From Candidatus Eiseniibacteriota bacterium (GTDB lineage Bacteria > Eisenbacteria > RBG-16-71-46), in contig OY970178.1 in NCBI GenBank assembly GCA_963707915.1, positions 2,560,001-2,624,000 of the forward strand: a stretch of DNA of 64,000 nucleotides, given 5' to 3'. The position numbers and the translations under genes are program-made. Positions 9,896-23,451 of the stretch are shown here, one piece after another (position 1 is the first letter of the stretch; each line of letters opens with the position of its first letter). The notes under the pieces are model-generated. The model was not told the origin of the DNA. It saw nothing but the letters and a program-made list of their open reading frames with translations, and ran no database searches.

Positions 9896-11341
9896 CTAGA
9901 AACCGCGGACCTCGACGACGGCCTTGGCGCGCAGGCCCTTGAGCCATTCGTCGTAGCGCTCCTTGAACTTGATCTGGGCGACGGCCTCGGGAAGCTGCTC
10001 CTTGATCTCGTCGAGCGTGTAGGGCCGCTCCGGCTTGCGGTCGGCGACCTTGAAGATGTTGAAGCTGGACTGGTTCTCGATCGACTCGCTGACCTGGCCG
10101 ACCTCGAGCGTGTCGAGCCCCGCGCGGATCTGGGGCGGGAGCGATCCCAGCGGGATGAAGCCGATGTCACCGTCCGGGGTCGCGGGGCCCGGGTACTTGC
10201 TGTAGCGGCGCACCAGGGTCGCGAAGTCCACGCCCTTGGCGGCCTCGGCGCGGACCCGGCCCGCCAGCGCCTGCGCGCGCGCGCGATCGGCCTCGGTGGT
10301 CTCGACCCGGACCAGGATGTGGCGCGCGTGCGCCTCGGGGATGACGCCACCGTCGGGGCCGAGGCTGTCCTGGCCCGCGACGTTCTTGAGCGTGTCGCGC
10401 TCGAGCGTCTGCACGATGTGCCAGCCGTAGGGGCTGTGCACCGGCTCGCTGAGCGCGCCGAGCGCGAGGCCGAACGCCGCCTCCTCGAGCGCGGGCTCCA
10501 GCGAGCCGCGGGCGAAGAAGCCCAGGTCGCCGCCGGCCTTCGAGGAACCCGGGTCTTCGGAGACCTCGGCCGCGACCTTGGCGAACTTCTCGCCGTCCAC
10601 GATCCGCTTGCGGATCGCGAGGGCCCGCTGGCGTCCGGCGGCGTCGGCCGCCGAATCGGGCGAGACCGGGATCTGGATCACGGAGAGGCGCAACTGGCCC
10701 GGGGCCAGCGGGAACCGGCCCGGGTTCGCCTTGAAGAAGGCCTCGGCCTCCGCCTGCGGCACCGGCTTGCGCGGGAGCGTCTTCTGCACCACGCGTTGCG
10801 CGAGTTGCTGGCGACGGGCGTCTTCGCGGTACTTCGCGCGCAGCCGCTCCTCGGTCAGGTTCTCCTTCGCGAGCTGTTCCTGGAAGTTGGCGGGCCCGAT
10901 GCGGTCCTTCGCGTCCTGGATCGCCTTCTCGACCTCGCGGTTCACCTCGGGCTCGCTGACCGTCACGCCCTGGCGCTTCGCCTCGGCCACGACGAGCTTC
11001 TCGTTGATCATCTCCTCGAGCACCTGACGGCGCAGCGTGTCCACCATCGCCGAGTCGGGGCGCAACTGGTTGCGCATCACGAACAGGTAGACCTGCTCCT
11101 CCACGTCGCTCTGCAGCACCACCTCGTCGTTCACCACCGCGGCGATGCCGTCGAGGCGCTGGGCGCTGGCGGGGGGCGCGGCCGGGCGCCGGGCCGGGAC
11201 GGTCCTCGGGGCTGCGGGCCGCGCCGCGCCGGGCGATCCGGTCGAGCGGGGCTTCGCGGTCTGGGCCAGTGCGGGCGGCACCGCGATGGCGAGCAGGAGG
11301 GCGGCGAGCGCCCAACTCGAGGACTTCAACGTGACCTCCAT
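9896..11341 (-). CDS. surA: SurA-like periplasmic chaperone/parvulin PPIase
   Basis: Signal peptide, IAAVVNDEVVLQSDV, two rotamase domains (SEDPGSxxxGGDLGF, HARHILV). Confidence 0.88.
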   Translation of the reverse strand: MEVTLKSSSWALAALLLAIAVPPALAQTAKPRSTGSPGAARPAAPRTVPARRPAAPPASAQRLDGIAAVVNDEVVLQSDVEEQVYLFVMRNQLRPDSAMVDTLRRQVLEEMINEKLVVAEAKRQGVTVSEPEVNREVEKAIQDAKDRIGPANFQEQLAKENLTEERLRAKYREDARRQQLAQRVVQKTLPRKPVPQAEAEAFFKANPGRFPLAPGQLRLSVIQIPVSPDSAADAAGRQRALAIRKRIVDGEKFAKVAAEVSEDPGSSKAGGDLGFFARGSLEPALEEAAFGLALGALSEPVHSPYGWHIVQTLERDTLKNVAGQDSLGPDGGVIPEAHARHILVRVETTEADRARAQALAGRVRAEAAKGVDFATLVRRYSKYPGPATPDGDIGFIPLGSLPPQIRAGLDTLEVGQVSESIENQSSFNIFKVADRKPERPYTLDEIKEQLPEAVAQIKFKERYDEWLKGLRAKAVVEVRGF

Positions 11342-11659
11342 GATGATGGTGCGGCCGCGCGGAGGGGGCCCGCGTGGCGCGAATGGTCGGGGACCCGGGC
11401 GGATGCGCACCGAGCCCCTGGTTGGGAGCGACGCGGCAGTATAGCGACTCCCCCGGCCGGAGCCTATGCGCCCGGGCCCGCGCGCCGCCGGCCCCATCGG
11501 CGGCCGGGCCCGGGGCTTTCGCCCCCTCAACTGCCGCGCTCGTCGGCTGCCCGTGGTCCTTTCCCGGCGCCGGGGTATCCTCCTGACATCGTGGACCGTT
11601 CCCCCCCTTCGTCGTCCGCACCTTTGGATGGACCCCCACCGGTGTGGGAGAGTCCCGCC

Positions 11660-13840
11660 ATGAGCGCCAGTTACCGCACGCGGCGGCTGCTCGCGGTGGC
11701 GGCCATGATCCTGGCCGTCGCCATCGCCCTGCCCCGCTTCCTCACCCACACGCCCTACGCACGCATCGGCGCCGAGGTCGACTACGAGACGCCGGACCAC
11801 GTCGGGCGCATCGCCAACGTCGTGGGGCCGCCGTCCAGCGGGCTGCTCCGCACCGGCGACCTCCTGCTGCTGGTCGACGGGCGTCCCGGCACGCAGGCCG
11901 AGTTCGGCAAGCTCAAGCCCAAGGGCGGGCTCCCGCGCGGTCCGATCGAGCTGGTCATCGACCGCGGCGGACGGATCCTCCGGCTGACGCTCCCGCCGGT
12001 ACGGCTCTCGGTGTGGACGCGCGTGCGGCTCTCCATCTACCCGCTCGCCACGGTCGTCGCCGCCCCGCTGGTGGCCTTCCTGCTGGTCTGGCGGCGCCCC
12101 GACCTGAGCGCAGCCTGGACCTTCCTCTGGTTCGCCACCCTCCAGGCGGTGACGGTCGTGTGGGACCTGTTCCGGTTCCCGCAGGGCGACGTCGGCCCGC
12201 TCTTCCGCTCGTACCTCAACCTGTACGGCGCGCTCATCTGCTGGTACCCGGCGGCCTTCCTGCACTTCATGACCGTGTTCCCGCGGCCCCGCTGGCGCAG
12301 GCCGCGCCTGACGGCCAGTCCGTGGTTCTGGGTCACCGTGCTCGCCTACGCCACCCCGCCGGTGCTGTGGCTCGTCGGGCACGGGCCGATCAAGGCCTAT
12401 TCCGGCCCGGGCATGCTCTGGTTCCAGACCGTCGCCCTGCCGCTGGGAACGCTCTCGCTGCTCGGGCACTACGCCCGGCGCGACGGGGCCGAGCGCCAGC
12501 CCCGGCCGGGGGAGCGCGCGCTGGCGCTGGCCGTGGCCGCCACGCTGCTGCTGAACGCCGCGACGTCGGCCCTGTGGCAGTCGGCGCAGTTCTCGGACTG
12601 GCTCATGTTCCCCGTGGTGCGCCTGGCCTCCACGTCCATCACCTTCGCCTTCCTCGCGGCGCCGCTGGTGATCGCCTTCCTCATCGCCAACGACCCGGTC
12701 TTCGACCCGCGCCGCGTGGTGGTCCAGAGCCTGCCGTTCGCGCTGCTCTCGGTCGTGCTGGCCGGCGTCTACCTCGGCGTGGTGGTGGGCTCGCAGCGGC
12801 TCTTCGCCGCGGCCACCGGCGAGGACTCGATGGTCTTCAACGTCGTCGCGGCGCTGGTCGTGGCCTTCGCCTTCGCGCCGCTCTGGACGCGGACCCAGCA
12901 CGCGCTGGACCGGATCTTCGGGCGCGACCCGCAGGCCCTGCGCGTGGCGCTGGACCAGGCCGGGCGCGAACTGCTCGGAGCGCTCGACCATGACGAGCTG
13001 CGCCGCTCGGTCGAGGCCGGGCTGGCGCGCGGGCTCAAGCGCGACGTGGCGCTCGAGTGGCCGGAGCCCGGACCGCCGCGCCTGGCCCCCGGCGAGGCGC
13101 TGCCCGAGCACGCGCAGCGCGCGGTCGAGAACCTGCTGCTCCAGGCCGGGATCCGCCTCGAGAACCTGGCGCTCCAGGAGCACCGCGCGGCGGCCGAGCG
13201 CCAGGCCGTGGAACTGCGCGAGGCCGCGACGCGGGCCGAGCTGCGGGCGCTCCAGGCCCAGGTGCAGCCGCACTTCCTCTTCAACGCGCTCAACGCGCTC
13301 GCCTACCTGATCGAGACCGACCCGCCCGCCGCGCAGCGCTTCTCGGAGCGCCTGGCCGACATGCTGCGCTACACCGTGGAGGCGGGGAACCGCCCGGTCG
13401 CCCTGCTCTCGGAGGAGATCGGCTTCGTCGAGGACTACCTGGGCGTGGCGCGCGAGCGCTACGAGACCCCGCTCGGCTTCGCCTACCGCGGGCCCCAGGA
13501 GATGCTCTCGCTGGCGGTGCCGCCGCTGCTGCTGCAGCCGCTGGTGGAGAACAGCCTCAAGCACGGCTGCGCCCCGGACGCGCCCGGGCTGCACCTCGAG
13601 CTCGTGGCCGGCGAGGACGCCGGTTTCGTCGAGCTGTCGTTCTCCGACGACGGGGTGGCCTCGTCGAACGGCGCGCCCGGGCTGGGAGTGGGCCTGACCA
13701 ATCTCGAACAGCGCCTGCGCCGCTTCGCCGGCACGGACGCCACCATGGAGGCCGGCGCCCGCAGGGGCGCCGACGGAACGCCGCAGCCGGGCTTCGTCGT
13801 GCGCCTGCGCTGGCCGGTCATGAAGGGAGCGAAACCATGA
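11660..13840 (+). CDS. LytS/YehU-type sensor histidine kinase with N-terminal PDZ domain and multiple TM helices
   Basis: GLLRTGDLLLLVDG (PDZ-like), many TM segments, LQAQVQPHFLFNALN, LQPLVENSLKHG, DDGV, GVGLTN. Confidence 0.9.
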   Translation: MSASYRTRRLLAVAAMILAVAIALPRFLTHTPYARIGAEVDYETPDHVGRIANVVGPPSSGLLRTGDLLLLVDGRPGTQAEFGKLKPKGGLPRGPIELVIDRGGRILRLTLPPVRLSVWTRVRLSIYPLATVVAAPLVAFLLVWRRPDLSAAWTFLWFATLQAVTVVWDLFRFPQGDVGPLFRSYLNLYGALICWYPAAFLHFMTVFPRPRWRRPRLTASPWFWVTVLAYATPPVLWLVGHGPIKAYSGPGMLWFQTVALPLGTLSLLGHYARRDGAERQPRPGERALALAVAATLLLNAATSALWQSAQFSDWLMFPVVRLASTSITFAFLAAPLVIAFLIANDPVFDPRRVVVQSLPFALLSVVLAGVYLGVVVGSQRLFAAATGEDSMVFNVVAALVVAFAFAPLWTRTQHALDRIFGRDPQALRVALDQAGRELLGALDHDELRRSVEAGLARGLKRDVALEWPEPGPPRLAPGEALPEHAQRAVENLLLQAGIRLENLALQEHRAAAERQAVELREAATRAELRALQAQVQPHFLFNALNALAYLIETDPPAAQRFSERLADMLRYTVEAGNRPVALLSEEIGFVEDYLGVARERYETPLGFAYRGPQEMLSLAVPPLLLQPLVENSLKHGCAPDAPGLHLELVAGEDAGFVELSFSDDGVASSNGAPGLGVGLTNLEQRLRRFAGTDATMEAGARRGADGTPQPGFVVRLRWPVMKGAKP

Positions 13841-14625
13841 GCCCACGCGCGAGCGAGGGCGGGACGCGCCTGCGCGCCCTGATCGCCGACGACGAGCCGC
13901 GCGCGCGGCAGTTCCTGGAGAAGCTGCTGGGCGAGCACGAGGAGCTCGAGGTGGTGGGGGCCGCGCGGAGCGGGGCCGAGGCGCTGCAGCTGGTGGCCAG
14001 CCTCAAGCCCGACGTGGCGTTCCTCGACATCCACATGCCCGACCTCTCGGGCCTCGAGGTGGCGCGCCACCTGCGCGGGGCGGAGGCGCCCATCGTGGTG
14101 TTCGTGACCGCGTACGACAAGTACGCGACCGAGGCCTTCGAGGTGGCGGCGCTGGACTACATCCTCAAGCCGCTCAAGCGCGAGCGCCTGGCGGATACCG
14201 TCCGCCGCGTGCTTGCCGAGGCCCGCACCGGGCGGCCGGCCGCGCGCGCGCAGGCGCTGCGCGAGGCGCTCGACTCGCCCGGGATCGTGAGCCAGTTGTC
14301 GCCGCTGCGACGCCTGCCGGTCCGGCACCGTCGCGAGGTGAAGCTGCTCGACCTGGCCCAGGTGCCGCTCATCTTCTCGCGCGACCGGCTGGTGCTGGCC
14401 CGCTGCGAGGCCCACGAGTACCTCGTGGACTACACGCTGCAGGAACTGGAGCAGCGCCTGCCCGAGGGGCAGTTCGTGCGCGTGCACCGTGCCGCGCTCG
14501 TCAACGTGGACGCCATCGAGAGCTACGGCGGCGAGGACGGCGTGCTGGTCCTGAAGCTCCGGGACGGCACGCGGGTCGAGGCCAGCGAGCGTCGCGCGGC
14601 CGAGGTGCGTCGCCGGCTGAGGTAG
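13837..14625 (+). CDS. LytR/AlgR (LytTR) response regulator
   Basis: IADDE, FLDIHMP, FVTAY, DYILKP, FVRVHR; start overlaps the kinase stop (ATGA). Confidence 0.93.
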   Translation: MSPRASEGGTRLRALIADDEPRARQFLEKLLGEHEELEVVGAARSGAEALQLVASLKPDVAFLDIHMPDLSGLEVARHLRGAEAPIVVFVTAYDKYATEAFEVAALDYILKPLKRERLADTVRRVLAEARTGRPAARAQALREALDSPGIVSQLSPLRRLPVRHRREVKLLDLAQVPLIFSRDRLVLARCEAHEYLVDYTLQELEQRLPEGQFVRVHRAALVNVDAIESYGGEDGVLVLKLRDGTRVEASERRAAEVRRRLR

Positions 14626-14638
14626 CCGCCGGGCCGGG

Positions 14639-16099
14639 TCAGCTCCCCGGCGCGGCCGGCGGCACCGGCCACGGGAGGCGCTTCAGGCGCTCCGGGTGGA
14701 GGACCGGCTTGAGCCGGAGCGCGAGCGCGTCGGTCACCTCCCGGAGCCGGCGCTCGCGCGCGAACTCGACCGCCTCGCCCTGCAACGCCTGCTGGATGTT
14801 CGGCTCGAGCTTCGCGTACTCGATCGGCACGCCGTCGGCCCCGGTCAGTTGCGCCGCGTGGCGCCGGTAGGCGGCCTGCACGTCGTCATCGGTGGGCCGG
14901 GCCACGTCCAGGACCAGGGCCTGGTAGGCGGTCTGGAGCAGCGCGTTCTCCATTTGGGCGCGGGCCTGGCGCGCGCGCGCGGGCTCGTCGCCGAGACGGC
15001 GCCGGCGGGCCTCGACGAGGGCGACGCGCTGCAGCGCCGCGTTCTTCAGCCACTGGTCGATCATCGGCAGGACGGACCAATTGGGGCGGGGTTTCTGCGG
15101 GTCCTGCAGGTCCACCGTCGCCTCGCCCAGCGTGTAGGCGCCGGGCTTGCCCTCCGCGTCGTCGTAGCGCACCAGCACCTGTCGCGCCTCCTCGGGCGTG
15201 GGCGCGGCGGCGACCGGGGTCCGGATGCCGCCCACCACGGTCGTGTCCCGGGGCGCGTTGTAGCGGGCGAAGAGCGAGTGCGCGGCGCCCGGCTCGACGG
15301 CCACGTGGTACTGCGTCATCAGCTCGTACTGGGCGCGGTTCATCAGGGCGCGCTGCTTGCCCGCCCGCAGCCCCCGCTGCAGCAGCTCGCGCACCTGCTC
15401 GAAGGGCTCCTGCTGCCGCGGGCGGCGCTCGATCACCTGGACGATGAACCAGCCGTCGGCCTGCGACTCGATCGGGCCGACCACCTGCCCGACGGGGCCC
15501 CGGGCCAGCGCGTCGTCGAGGACGGGCATCAGCGTCCCGGGCGTGATGAATCCCAGGTCACCCCCCTTCGGCGTCATGCCCGTGGAGTTGAACCGGTCGG
15601 CGGTCGTGCCGAAGTCGGCGCCGGCCCGGATCTCGCCGAGCGCCCGCTCGATCGTGGCCCGGTCGGGGGTGAACACGATCAACGCGTGCGCCTCCTGGGA
15701 GCGCTGCTGGTAGAGCGCCCGGACCTCGGCTTCGCTCACCGGCGGGTCGGCCGGGGCCAGTTGCTGGACCAGCGCGCGCAGCGCGAGCTGCTCCTGGGCC
15801 TGCTGGAGCCGCCGCGCCTGCTCCTCGGGGCTGACCATGCCGAGCCGCAGGGCCTCGCTCACCATCAACTCGCGCTTGACCAGGTCCTCGAGCAGGTCGG
15901 CCTTGGCGGAATCCGGGCTCCCGGGATACTGGCCCTGGCTGCGGCTGGCGACGTCGAGGAAGTCGGCCGTCGTGATGACGCGATCGCCGATCTTCGCGAG
16001 CACGGGGGGCCCGGAGGAGCAGCCCGCCAGCAGCGCGGCAAGGGCGGCGAGCAGGGACACGAGGACGAGCAGGCGGGCGCGCATCGACGAGGATCTCAT
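14639..16099 (-). CDS. Parvulin-type PPIase lipoprotein (PrsA/PpiD-like foldase)
   Basis: Lipobox LLAGC, KGGDLGFI, VGPIES..GWFIVQV. Confidence 0.82.
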   Translation of the reverse strand: MRSSSMRARLLVLVSLLAALAALLAGCSSGPPVLAKIGDRVITTADFLDVASRSQGQYPGSPDSAKADLLEDLVKRELMVSEALRLGMVSPEEQARRLQQAQEQLALRALVQQLAPADPPVSEAEVRALYQQRSQEAHALIVFTPDRATIERALGEIRAGADFGTTADRFNSTGMTPKGGDLGFITPGTLMPVLDDALARGPVGQVVGPIESQADGWFIVQVIERRPRQQEPFEQVRELLQRGLRAGKQRALMNRAQYELMTQYHVAVEPGAAHSLFARYNAPRDTTVVGGIRTPVAAAPTPEEARQVLVRYDDAEGKPGAYTLGEATVDLQDPQKPRPNWSVLPMIDQWLKNAALQRVALVEARRRRLGDEPARARQARAQMENALLQTAYQALVLDVARPTDDDVQAAYRRHAAQLTGADGVPIEYAKLEPNIQQALQGEAVEFARERRLREVTDALALRLKPVLHPERLKRLPWPVPPAAPGS

Positions 16100-16325
16100 G
16101 GTGGTTCCTTTGGGAGGGTCCTGAGGCTGGTCCGCCCCTTGTTTACAGGAGTCCGGGAACGGGCGCAACCGGCGACGGTGCCACCAGGGGCCCGCGCCCC
16201 CCGGGCGGGCGGTACGCCAGAACGCGCACCGCCCGCCGCGCCCACGGGGGCCCGCGCAGGGTTCCATCCATCCGGGCGCCCGACCGCATGGAACGACCGG
16301 CTCGCGGTCGTGGGGTCGTTCCCGA

Positions 16326-18131
16326 TCAGCGAACCACGCAGGCGCGCCGCACCAGCGACGCCCCCGCCCGCGTGAGCCGCACCACATAGACGCCGGGCGG
16401 CGGCATCTGACCCTCCGCGAGATCCACGACGTGGCTGCCGGCGCCCAGGCCGCCCACCTCGCGCGCACGGATGACGCGTCCCGCGATGTCGAGCACCTCG
16501 AGACGGGCGGCCGCGGCATCGGGCAGCGAGAAGGCGATGGCGAGACCATGCGTCGCCGGGTTCGGCCGCGGCCCGGCCAGCGCGAGCGCCGGCGCGGGGG
16601 GCACCGTGACCCAGGTCTCCCCGGCGTAGCGCCGCGCGTCGCCCTCCGTGAATGCGAGGCGGTAGCCATAGCGTCCGCCCGGGATCACGTCCCGGTCTTC
16701 GACCACGAACCGGCCGGAGCCGTCCGGGGTCACGGTCTCGAGCCGGGTCCAGGCGGAGACCGGGGTGCCCCGCTCCACATCGGCCACGGGGCCCGCGCCA
16801 CCGCTCGCGAGCCAGGTGAGACGCACCACATCGTGCTCGGCGATGGCGCTCACCAGTGCGAGTGCCACGGGGGTCGCGGCGTCGCCCGTGCCCGGCGCCA
16901 TCAGGGCCGGGTCACCCAGCAGCAGGTTGCCCTGCGTGGTGGGACGGGCCAGCTCGCTTGGCGGGGCGTAGTCCGCGATCGTCGACGAGAGCGCCTCGCC
17001 GATGGTGGGGGCTTCCGATGCCAGGACCTCCGGCCCGTAGATGCGCTCGACGATGTCCTTGACGAATCTCATGGAGACGCCGATGAGCTGGAGGTCGGCC
17101 GGGCCGACGACGGCCGCGGCGCCGCCCCGGGGGGCGCGGAGCAGTGCCGCCCCGATGGAGAACGTCCCGGGCTGGTTCGTATAGGGCGATGGCGCGAAGA
17201 CGCACATGGGGCGGGCGTTCGTGAGTGCCGCGAGATCCGCCGCGACGAGGTTGTCCTGGGACTGGATGCCCGCGGCAAAGACGCCGGGCCCGCCGGGTCC
17301 GTAGAGGGTGAGGACGTCGTAGCCCCGCTCGAGCGAATCCAACATGCTGGCGCGCGTCGCCTGGAATGATCCGGGCCAGCTCGCGGGGAATTCGTAGAGC
17401 CGCGCGACGTGGTTCTCCGGATGAGCCGTGAAGAGCGGCAGCAGCTCCTCGCTGAACATGGCGAAGTCGACACGTGGCACGGGGTAGGCGTCCCCGGCGC
17501 CCGTCAGCAACACCGAGATGGGCCCGTTCGCCGTGGCGGCGTTCATCGCCGCGAGCGTCTTCTGCACGAACACCTGCGCTTCGGCCGCCGAGGTCACGGG
17601 CGCGCGTCCCACGGCCAGGTCGGGGACGAAGCTCATGTCGTCCCCGACCTCGCCGAGGTCGGGCTGCGGCGATTCGCCCCACAGGCTGTCGCCGTCGGCG
17701 TTCCAGTCCCCCGCCAGGCAGGCGTAGTACTGGTCGGTGGGCAAGAACTGAACGGGCAACGAGGAGATCTGGTCCAGGCGCAGGAACACCCGCCGGATCG
17801 GCACGAGCGGATCGTCGCCACCCAGCAGCACGAAGCGGGTCTGCCAGTTGGCGCGGGCGTCCTGCAGGAACATGCGGATGCTCTCGGCGTCGTCACGGCC
17901 GGAAGGATAGTCGGCGCGGATGCCCTGCACGGTCCGGATCGTGCTCGCGAGTCCGGCCGAGCCGTGCGCGGCCGCGAGTGGAGCGAATGCCGAGACCAGC
18001 GTGGTGTCGGTTACGATGACGTGCGGGACGACGCCCGGCACCTGGGACGGACGGAGCGCGTGGGCCGGGAACGGAAGCGAGACGAGGAGCGTGACGATGA
18101 GGAACGCACGAGCGGCGGCCTGCGGACGCAT
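16326..18131 (-). CDS. C25 (gingipain)-family protein with FlgD/T9SS-like C-terminal domain; catalytic residues apparently lost
   Basis: Signal peptide, FVLLGGD, PTDQYY, DLAVGRAPV, LLGDPA; C-terminal PRPNP...DIAGR...PGVYVVRL. Confidence 0.8.
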   Translation of the reverse strand: MRPQAAARAFLIVTLLVSLPFPAHALRPSQVPGVVPHVIVTDTTLVSAFAPLAAAHGSAGLASTIRTVQGIRADYPSGRDDAESIRMFLQDARANWQTRFVLLGGDDPLVPIRRVFLRLDQISSLPVQFLPTDQYYACLAGDWNADGDSLWGESPQPDLGEVGDDMSFVPDLAVGRAPVTSAAEAQVFVQKTLAAMNAATANGPISVLLTGAGDAYPVPRVDFAMFSEELLPLFTAHPENHVARLYEFPASWPGSFQATRASMLDSLERGYDVLTLYGPGGPGVFAAGIQSQDNLVAADLAALTNARPMCVFAPSPYTNQPGTFSIGAALLRAPRGGAAAVVGPADLQLIGVSMRFVKDIVERIYGPEVLASEAPTIGEALSSTIADYAPPSELARPTTQGNLLLGDPALMAPGTGDAATPVALALVSAIAEHDVVRLTWLASGGAGPVADVERGTPVSAWTRLETVTPDGSGRFVVEDRDVIPGGRYGYRLAFTEGDARRYAGETWVTVPPAPALALAGPRPNPATHGLAIAFSLPDAAAARLEVLDIAGRVIRAREVGGLGAGSHVVDLAEGQMPPPGVYVVRLTRAGASLVRRACVVR

Positions 18132-18335
18132 GACTGGACCTCCCATTCTGGGGACCGACAGAAGCCGCCCAGGTCGGGCGGAAATGGAGTATCCAGTGCG
18201 GCGGGGTCACCCTCCGGGTGCGCGGCAAGCCGTGGGCTCGAGCCAGCGAATAGATGGTACTCCCGGGACACACGGGCCCACAAGCCCCATGATCACGCTG
18301 CGGCGGCGGCGCCCCGTTCGGTCGCGAGCGCGCGC

Positions 18336-21908
<3,573 letters not shown>

Positions 21909-22207
21909 GGGGATCTCCCGGGCGGTCCACGGCCGCGTCCGCGATGTCGGTCCGGGCCCGAAACGGCAGGCCGGGTCCGACGCAGCCTAGCAGCGGCGCG
22001 GGGGGGCCTCAAGTGATTGCGGGGACTGCGCCAGCAGGGCGGGCGCGCCCGGACGTCATCCGCGCACCGGGCGCGCCCGTCGTGCATCTCAACGGATGAG
22101 CTTGGTCACGGGCAGCCCGGCGTGGTAATACCGTGCCAGACGAATCGCTGAAGACCGCGACGCGCCCGCGTCGGCGGAACCGGCGGATCATGGAGGAGGT
22201 CGTCCCA

Positions 22208-23041
22208 ATGTCCAGCCCTCGAACGTTCCTCACCCTGCTGTCCCTGGTGACCCTGGTCGCGACGGCTTCGGCCGCCACGCAGGAAACGGCCACCCGGATC
22301 GACCCGGCGGCGCCCTGCTACGCCTGCCCCGCCGTGGACTACGACGGTGACGGCGTCTTCGACCGCGTGGACTACTGCAACAACACGCCGAAGGGTTGCG
22401 TCGTGGACAAGACCGGCTGCTCGGTCGACTCCGACGGCGACGGGGTCTGCGACGGCCTCGACAAGTGCCCGGACACCCCGAAGGGCGAGAAGGTCGACAA
22501 GGAAGGCTGCAGCGCCAGCCAGCTGGCCGTCGCCACCGTGCCGGCCACGCCGCCGCCGCCGCCGCCCGCGCAGGAGATCCAGCGTCCGGCCACGCCGCCG
22601 CCGCCGCCCGCGCCGCCCCAGTCCGAGATCGAGAAGCAGCTGGTCGAGACCGGCAACATCGTGCTTCGCGACGTCTACTTCGACGTCAACAAGGCCACGC
22701 TGCTGCCGGAGTCCGAGGCGCGGCTGAACGAGGCCGGCGCGGCGATCGAGAAGTTCGTCGACCTGAAGATCGAGGTGCAGGGCCACACCGACTCGCGCGG
22801 CTCGGCCAGGTACAACGAGAAGCTGAGCCAGGCCCGCGCGGAGGCGGTGCGCGAATACCTGCTGGGCCACTTCCACCTGAACGCCGACAACGTGTTCGCC
22901 AAGGGCTACGGCAAGAGCCAGCTCGCGGTCTCGCCCGAGAAGTCGGCCGAGGACTACGCGATGAACCGCCGCGTGGTGCTCAAGGCCATCAACCCCGAGG
23001 TGCTTCCCAAGGGCGTGACGGTCGAGGACCAGGCCAAGTAA
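22208..23041 (+). CDS. OmpA-family peptidoglycan-binding protein with thrombospondin type-3 repeats
   Basis: GGAGGAGG RBS, signal peptide, DGDGVxDxxDxC repeats, Pro-rich linker, QGHTD, YNEKLSQARA, NRRV. Confidence 0.9.
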   Translation: MSSPRTFLTLLSLVTLVATASAATQETATRIDPAAPCYACPAVDYDGDGVFDRVDYCNNTPKGCVVDKTGCSVDSDGDGVCDGLDKCPDTPKGEKVDKEGCSASQLAVATVPATPPPPPPAQEIQRPATPPPPPAPPQSEIEKQLVETGNIVLRDVYFDVNKATLLPESEARLNEAGAAIEKFVDLKIEVQGHTDSRGSARYNEKLSQARAEAVREYLLGHFHLNADNVFAKGYGKSQLAVSPEKSAEDYAMNRRVVLKAINPEVLPKGVTVEDQAK

Positions 23042-23055
23042 CCGGACCGGAACCG

Positions 23056-23093
23056 ACGAAGCCCCCGGGGCCGCGAGGCGCCGGGGGCTTCGT
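23056..23093. terminator. Probable bidirectional intrinsic terminator
   Basis: 13-bp perfect stem ACGAAGCCCCCGG/CCGGGGGCTTCGT between the convergent ompA-like and cupin genes. Confidence 0.75.
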
Positions 23094-23434
23094 TACGACC
23101 GGATCATCGTCAGCGCCATCTTGAAGCGCTCGTTCGCCTTGAGCGCGTGCGGGACGTTCGCGGGCATGAGGATCATGCCGCCCGCCCGCAGGTCGTAGGG
23201 GGTGCCGCCCACGGTGATCTCCGCCCGGCCGTCGAGGACCTGGACCAGCGCGTCGAAGGGCGTGGTGTGCTCGCTCAGGCCCTGGCCCTGGTCGAAGGCG
23301 AACACGGTCACGTTCCCGGTGGCCTGCTTGACGATGGTGCGGCTCACCACCGAACCGGGCTGGTAGGCCACCAGGTCGGCCATCACGCCGGTCAGCGGAG
23401 TCGGGGCCTGCGGGGCCTTCGCGTCGGGTGTCAT
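23093..23434 (-). CDS. Cupin-domain protein
   Basis: FAFDQGQGLSEHTTPFDA, PANVPHAL; GGAGA RBS. Confidence 0.88.
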   Translation of the reverse strand: MTPDAKAPQAPTPLTGVMADLVAYQPGSVVSRTIVKQATGNVTVFAFDQGQGLSEHTTPFDALVQVLDGRAEITVGGTPYDLRAGGMILMPANVPHALKANERFKMALTMIRS

Positions 23435-23451
23435 CGGGGTATCTCCTCTCG

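Noticed and set aside
9896..13846. Apparent 1316-aa SurA fusion and 1173-aa kinase ORF
   Set aside because: The N-terminal extensions are shadows of the opposite-strand gene. Plausible starts with signal/TM segments are at 11341 and 11660.
22120..22140. Sigma-54-like TGGCACG on the minus strand upstream of mfd
   Set aside because: The -12 element reads TACC rather than TTGC. The sequence is better explained as the plus-strand -10 region of the ompA-like gene.
22208..23041. OmpA-like protein as the outer-membrane conduit for the cytochrome island
   Set aside because: It has no beta-barrel domain (only TSP3 repeats and a peptidoglycan-binding domain) and lies over 20 kb away.
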